Source: Vulcanimicrobiota bacterium (GTDB lineage Bacteria; Vulcanimicrobiota; Vulcanimicrobiia; Vulcanimicrobiales; Vulcanimicrobiaceae). Taken from it: 10,711 nt of DNA. Positions 6,394-10,711 of this stretch are shown piece after piece. Below the pieces are notes generated by a model, which saw only the letters and a list, made by a program, of their open reading frames with translations, ran no database searches and was not told the DNA's origin. The stretch covers positions 1 through 10,711 of the forward strand of contig PKZK01000124.1 in assembly GCA_003133025.1 (NCBI GenBank), written 5' to 3'. The translations under genes were made by a program, and so were the position numbers. The first letter of the stretch is position 1. The number at the start of each line of letters is the position of its first letter.

Positions 6394-7371
6394 TCAACCT
6401 TCCGTACGTGCGAGCGCGGCGCGCACGTCGTCGAACGACAGGGAGCCGAGAACCTCGTCGTCGTTCGCAACCATCGTGCGCGACGCGCCGCCGAGCAAGA
6501 CGGACAGCACCTCGCGCAACGTCGCCTGCGGTGTTACGCGCGGCCAATCGTCGCCCTTGGCCATTTCGGGCCGAGCGGTGGCGCTCCGCAACGCATCGCG
6601 GGCGTTGAGCAACTGCAGGCGGCGCACCGCGTCCTTGCTGTCGAGCAGCGCGGCCACGTAATCGGTGGCGGGATTGGCCAGCACGTTCAGCGGCGAGCCG
6701 ACCTGCTCGATGCAACCGTCTTTCAAGACGACGATGCGGTCGGCCAGACGCAGCGCCTCGTCGACGTCGTGCGTTACGAAGAGGATCGTCGTGCCGAGCA
6801 TCCGGTGGATGCGCAGCGTCTCCTCCTGCAAGTCGGCGCGAACGATGGCATCGACCGCGCCGAAAGGCTCGTCCATCAAGAGCAGGCGCGGCTCCGCGGC
6901 GAGCGCGCGGGCGACCCCGACGCGCTGTTGTTCCCCGCCCGAGAGTTCGCGCGGATACCGGTCGCGATACCGGGCCGGGTCGAGGCGCACGAGCGCGAGC
7001 AACGCCTCGACGCGTGCCGCGATCCGCGCTTGCCCCCAACCCAGCAACTCGGGCACCACCGCGATATTACGCGCGACGCTCAAGTGCGGAAAGAGCCCGA
7101 CGGCCTGGATCGCGTAGCCGATGCCGCGTCGCAACGCTTCGGGCGGTTCGGCGGCGGCGTCGCGGCCGTCGATCTCGATCGTGCCCGCATCGGGAAGCAC
7201 GAGCCGGTTGATCGTGCGCAGCAGCGTGCTCTTGCCCGATCCCGAGGGCCCGAGCAACACGATGAATTCGCCTGCCGCAACGTCGAGATCGACGCCGTCG
7301 ACGGCCGCGCGGCCGCGATAACGAACGGTGACGCCGTGCAAACGCAGCGAGGCGCCCCCCGGTTTCTCCAT
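6394..7371 (-). CDS. Osmoprotectant ABC transporter ATP-binding protein (OpuCA/OsmV/YehX-like, 325 aa)
   Basis: Walker A GPSGSGKS, signature LSGGEQQRV, Walker B LLLMDEPF and H-loop FVTHD. The C-terminus looks like a degenerate CBS domain (ATLREVLSVLL...VLGSLSFDDV). Confidence 0.95.
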   Translation of the reverse strand: MEKPGGASLRLHGVTVRYRGRAAVDGVDLDVAAGEFIVLLGPSGSGKSTLLRTINRLVLPDAGTIEIDGRDAAAEPPEALRRGIGYAIQAVGLFPHLSVARNIAVVPELLGWGQARIAARVEALLALVRLDPARYRDRYPRELSGGEQQRVGVARALAAEPRLLLMDEPFGAVDAIVRADLQEETLRIHRMLGTTILFVTHDVDEALRLADRIVVLKDGCIEQVGSPLNVLANPATDYVAALLDSKDAVRRLQLLNARDALRSATARPEMAKGDDWPRVTPQATLREVLSVLLGGASRTMVANDDEVLGSLSFDDVRAALARTEG

Positions 7372-7372
7372 C

Positions 7373-8266
7373 TTAGAGGAGCTTGTGCGCGCTCAAGAAC
7401 TCGCGCGCCACATCCGCGGGTTCGCGCTTTGCGCCGTCGACGGCGAAGTTGAGCGAACGCATCGCATCGTCGGTGAGCAGCGGCGCGAGCGCGTCGAGCG
7501 TCGGAGCGATTTGGGGCAACCGTTTCAGCGTTGCATCGCGCACGACTGGCGCGACTTGATACGCCGGCCAGAAGTGCTTGTCGTCTTGGAAGACGACGAG
7601 TTTGTCGGCGACGATCTGCCCGTCGGTGCCGAAGGCAACCACCACGTCGACTTGACCGCGCAACAGTGCCTGATACTTCAAGCCGATATCGAAGAGGCGC
7701 ACCTGCGCGAATTGGAAACCGCCGTAGACGCGCTGCAAACCGGGAAGGCCGTCTTCACGTTTGGTGAATTCCGGAATCGAGCCGAGTCGCAGATGCGGCG
7801 CCGCGCGGCTCACGTCGCTGAGCGTGCGCAGATCGTATTTCTGTGCGATCGCTCGTGTGGTGGCGAGCGCCTGCGTGTCGTTCATCGGTGCGGGTTTGAG
7901 CCAGGTGAGCGCGTAGCGGCTCTGATAGGCGTCCTTCACCTTGGCATAGATTGCTGCCGCGTCGCCGCCCGGCGCTTCCTCGAGCACGGTGATCAGCGCA
8001 GTGCCGGTGTATTCCGGATAGAGATCGATATCGCCACGCTGCAGTGCGGCCATGGCAACCTGCGTGCCCCCGAGGTTGAGCCTGCGGTCGACTTCGAGTC
8101 CGCGATGTTCCAGCAACTGCGCGTACATCTCGCCGAGGATCAGTTCTTCGGTGAAGTTTTTGGAACCGACCGAGACTTTGTCGCCGGTTTCCCCGCCGCC
8201 CGCGCATCCGGCCAGCAAACCGGCCCCCGTAATCGTCAGCAGCCGCCCGCGGCTCAACGTACTCAT
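7373..8266 (-). CDS. Glycine betaine-type ABC transporter substrate-binding lipoprotein (OpuCC/OsmX/YehZ-like, 297 aa)
   Basis: Start ATG 8266 overlaps the upstream permease TGA. Lipobox LAGC (Cys21). Family motifs VGSKNFTEELILGEMY, NLGGT, GDIDLYPEYTGT, EFTKREDGLPGLQRVYG and DDKHFWPAY. Confidence 0.94.
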   Translation of the reverse strand: MSTLSRGRLLTITGAGLLAGCAGGGETGDKVSVGSKNFTEELILGEMYAQLLEHRGLEVDRRLNLGGTQVAMAALQRGDIDLYPEYTGTALITVLEEAPGGDAAAIYAKVKDAYQSRYALTWLKPAPMNDTQALATTRAIAQKYDLRTLSDVSRAAPHLRLGSIPEFTKREDGLPGLQRVYGGFQFAQVRLFDIGLKYQALLRGQVDVVVAFGTDGQIVADKLVVFQDDKHFWPAYQVAPVVRDATLKRLPQIAPTLDALAPLLTDDAMRSLNFAVDGAKREPADVAREFLSAHKLL

Positions 8267-8892
8267 CCCGGCTGCCTTCCCCAATCGGGTTGCGAACCAT
8301 CCGCCCTCTGGAAGCGCCGCTCGAGTAGGCCCAGCAGAGCATCGGCGCCGAGGGCCAGCACCGCGACCAAAACCGCGCCTTCTAACTGCTGCGCCACGTC
8401 GCCCGAGGCGAACCCGTTGATGATGTATTCGCCGAGGCCGCCGCCGCCGATGAACGCGGCGAGCGTCGCGCTCGCGATCACCTCGACCGTTGCGGTGCGA
8501 ACGCCTGCGAACACGACGGGCAGCGCCAGCGGCCACTCGACGCGCGAGCGAATCTGCGCGGGGCTCATGCCCAAGCCCCGGGCCGCGTCGACGATCGGAG
8601 CCGGCACCCCGCGCAGGCCGAGGTCGGTGTTGATCGCGATCGGCGGAATGGCCAGCAGCACGAGCGCCACGAGCGCGGGCGCGAAGCCGATGCCGACCAG
8701 GGGGAGCATGACGGCCAACACCGCGAGGCTCGGCACCACCCGGGCCGCGTTGACCGCGCCGAGCAGTACTTCGCGCCCGGCTCCTAGGCGAGCGAGGAGC
8801 GCGCCGAGCGGCACGCCTGCGAGCAGCGCGAGCGCAAGCGCGCAGCCGGAAAGAACGAGGTGGTCGCGGACGTGGAGTGCCAGGTCGCCCAT
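8263..8892 (-). CDS. Osmoprotectant ABC transporter permease (~209 aa)
   Basis: RVVPSLAVLAVMLP, LLAIPPIAINT, VDAARGLGMSPAQIRSRVEWPLALPV and ATLAAFIGGGGLG. The start is probably ATG 8892, since the longer track start would overlap ppk1. Confidence 0.92.
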   Translation of the reverse strand: MGDLALHVRDHLVLSGCALALALLAGVPLGALLARLGAGREVLLGAVNAARVVPSLAVLAVMLPLVGIGFAPALVALVLLAIPPIAINTDLGLRGVPAPIVDAARGLGMSPAQIRSRVEWPLALPVVFAGVRTATVEVIASATLAAFIGGGGLGEYIINGFASGDVAQQLEGAVLVAVLALGADALLGLLERRFQRADGSQPDWGRQPG

Positions 8893-8942
8893 CAGCCTGC
8901 CCGAACCTGGGCTTTTGGCCCACCGTGGCGAAGGTGCGGGAG

Positions 8943-10711
8943 ATGCTGGTATCGACCGAAAGCGCCGCCCCACTCGAGGGCGCGCCCGAGGCACCCATTC
9001 CGCTCGACGACCCGTCGCTGTATTACAGCCGCGAACTTTCGTGGCTGGAATTCAACGAACGCGTGCTCGAAGAGGCGATCGACGAGCGCAACCCGCTGCT
9101 CGAACGCCTCAAATTCATGGCGATCTTCAGCACCAACCTCGACGAATATTTCATGATCCGCGTGGCCGCGATCAAGCAACAGATCGCAGCGGAGGTGCAA
9201 CGGCGCTCCAACGACGGCCGTCTGCCCGAGGAACAACTCCAGGCGATCTCGCATCGTCTGCGCTCTTCGCTCGAACGCTTCATGCGCTTGCTCCAAGGCG
9301 AACTTTTGCCTGCGCTCGAGCGCGAGGGCATCCGCATCCTGCGCTACGGCGACCTCGACGAGCCTCAGCGCGTCCAGTTGCGGCAGACGTTTTTGGACCG
9401 GGTCTTCCCCGTGCTGACGCCGCTTGCGGTCGATCAAGGCCATCCGTTCCCGTATATCTCCAATCTCTCGTTATCCCTCGGCGTCGAGATGTACGAGGAC
9501 ACCGACGAGGGCCCGGAGATGCACTTTGCCCGGGTCAAGGTGCCCCCGAGCCTCTCGCGCCTGGTCCCGCTCGACGCGCCCGGCGAGCAGAAACACTACG
9601 TGCTGCTCGAGGACGTGATCGGGCATAACCTCGATTCGCTCTTCCCGGGCATGCAGATCCGGGCGTCGTACCTCTTCCGGGTCACGCGCGATGCCGACCT
9701 CGATCTGCAAGAGGACGAGGCCGACGATCTCTTGCGCGCGATCGAGTCGGAGTTGCGCAAGCGCCGCTTCGGCGAGCCGGTGCGGCTCGAAGTCGACGCC
9801 CACATGCCGCAGCACTTGCGCGACATGCTGCTCGAAGCGCTCTCGCTATCGGAAGTCGACCTCTACGAAATCGACGGCATGCTGGGCACGTCCGACCTCT
9901 GGACGATCGTCAACCTCGACCGCCCGGAGTTGCACGATGCGCCGTTCGCGCCGTCGATTCCCAAACGACTCGTGGGCCAGCCCGATATCTTCGCCGCGAT
10001 TCGCGAAGGGGATCTGCTCTTGCAGCATCCCTACGAGTCGTTCGATCCGGTCGTGCAATTCTTGCAACAGGCCGCGGAAGATCCGCACGTGCTCGCCATC
10101 AAGCAGACGCTGTATCGCACCTCGGGGACGTCACCCGTGGTGCAAGCCCTGATGCAAGCTGCCGAAAACGGCAAGCAGGTCGCGGCGCTGATCGAACTCA
10201 AGGCGCGGTTCGACGAGGAAAACAACATCCACTGGGCGCGCACGCTGGAACTCGTCGGCGCGCACGTGGTGTACGGTTTCCCGGGCATGAAGGTGCACGC
10301 CAAGGTAATCATGGTGGTGCGCGACGAGCCCGACGGCATCAAGCGCTACGTGCACATCGGCACCGGCAACTATAACGAGAAGACCGCGCGCATCTACACG
10401 GACTTCTCGCTGTTCACGTGCCGTCCTGACATCGGCGCGGACGTTACGCACCTCTTCAACCGCCTGACCGGTTTCTCCAAGGCGATGGTGTACGAGAAGC
10501 TACTCGTCGCGCCGACGACGTTGCGCGACGGTTTTCGCAACCTGATTCGCCGCGAAGCCGAGCATGCGCGTGCCGGACGCCCCGCCCGCATCATCGCGAA
10601 GCTCAACGCTATTAGCGACGCGCGGACGGTGCGCGAACTGTACGCCGCGTCGCAAGCCGGCGTGCCGATCGAACTGATCGTGCGCGGCATGTGCGAGCTG
10701 CGCCCGGGCAT
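8943..10711 (+). CDS. ppk1: Polyphosphate kinase 1, 3'-truncated by the window edge
   Basis: Hand translation is open to the end of the window: RELSWLEFNERVL, PLLERLKFMAIFSTNLDEYFMIRVA, VFPVLTPLAVDQGHPFPYISNLS, FRVTRDAD, HPYESF, IKQTLYRTS, ELKARFDEENNI, KVHAK (phospho-His, codon 10296-10298), HIGTGNYN and LIVRGMC. Start is ATG 8943 (AAGGTG 6 nt upstream); an alternative in-frame GTG lies at 8925. Confidence 0.97.
   Translation, partial: MLVSTESAAPLEGAPEAPIPLDDPSLYYSRELSWLEFNERVLEEAIDERNPLLERLKFMAIFSTNLDEYFMIRVAAIKQQIAAEVQRRSNDGRLPEEQLQAISHRLRSSLERFMRLLQGELLPALEREGIRILRYGDLDEPQRVQLRQTFLDRVFPVLTPLAVDQGHPFPYISNLSLSLGVEMYEDTDEGPEMHFARVKVPPSLSRLVPLDAPGEQKHYVLLEDVIGHNLDSLFPGMQIRASYLFRVTRDADLDLQEDEADDLLRAIESELRKRRFGEPVRLEVDAHMPQHLRDMLLEALSLSEVDLYEIDGMLGTSDLWTIVNLDRPELHDAPFAPSIPKRLVGQPDIFAAIREGDLLLQHPYESFDPVVQFLQQAAEDPHVLAIKQTLYRTSGTSPVVQALMQAAENGKQVAALIELKARFDEENNIHWARTLELVGAHVVYGFPGMKVHAKVIMVVRDEPDGIKRYVHIGTGNYNEKTARIYTDFSLFTCRPDIGADVTHLFNRLTGFSKAMVYEKLLVAPTTLRDGFRNLIRREAEHARAGRPARIIAKLNAISDARTVRELYAASQAGVPIELIVRGMCELRPG

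Noticed and set aside
7328..9628. 766-aa plus-strand ORF
   Set aside because: Antisense or out-of-frame shadow of the SBP, permease and ppk1 genes. No motifs; expected in high-GC DNA.
10017..10043. PPK1 LQHPYESF instead of the more usual LHHPY
   Set aside because: A single substitution. The catalytic KVHAK and HIGTGNYN motifs are intact and the frame is undisrupted.

Overview
High-GC bacterial chromosomal window with nine genes. From left to right: the 3' part of a predicted ATPase (AfsR/STAND-like, NB-ARC-related)/TPR-like regulator (+, 5'-truncated); a ~180-bp nested palindromic repeat cluster between convergent genes; a minus-strand TetR - DHA2 (EmrB/QacA) MFS efflux pump - alpha/beta hydrolase operon; a divergent membrane protein of no recognised family (+); a complete minus-strand osmoprotectant (OpuC/OsmU-like) ABC importer (permease - lipoprotein SBP - ATPase - permease); and a divergent, 3'-truncated polyphosphate kinase ppk1 that is absent from the ORF track because it has no stop in the window. 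I see no RNA genes, CRISPR array, transposase or prophage. The most unusual items are the composite REP/REPIN-like element with covarying terminal hairpins and an operator-like palindrome inside the first codons of the MFS gene. I found no convincing wholly new multi-gene system.
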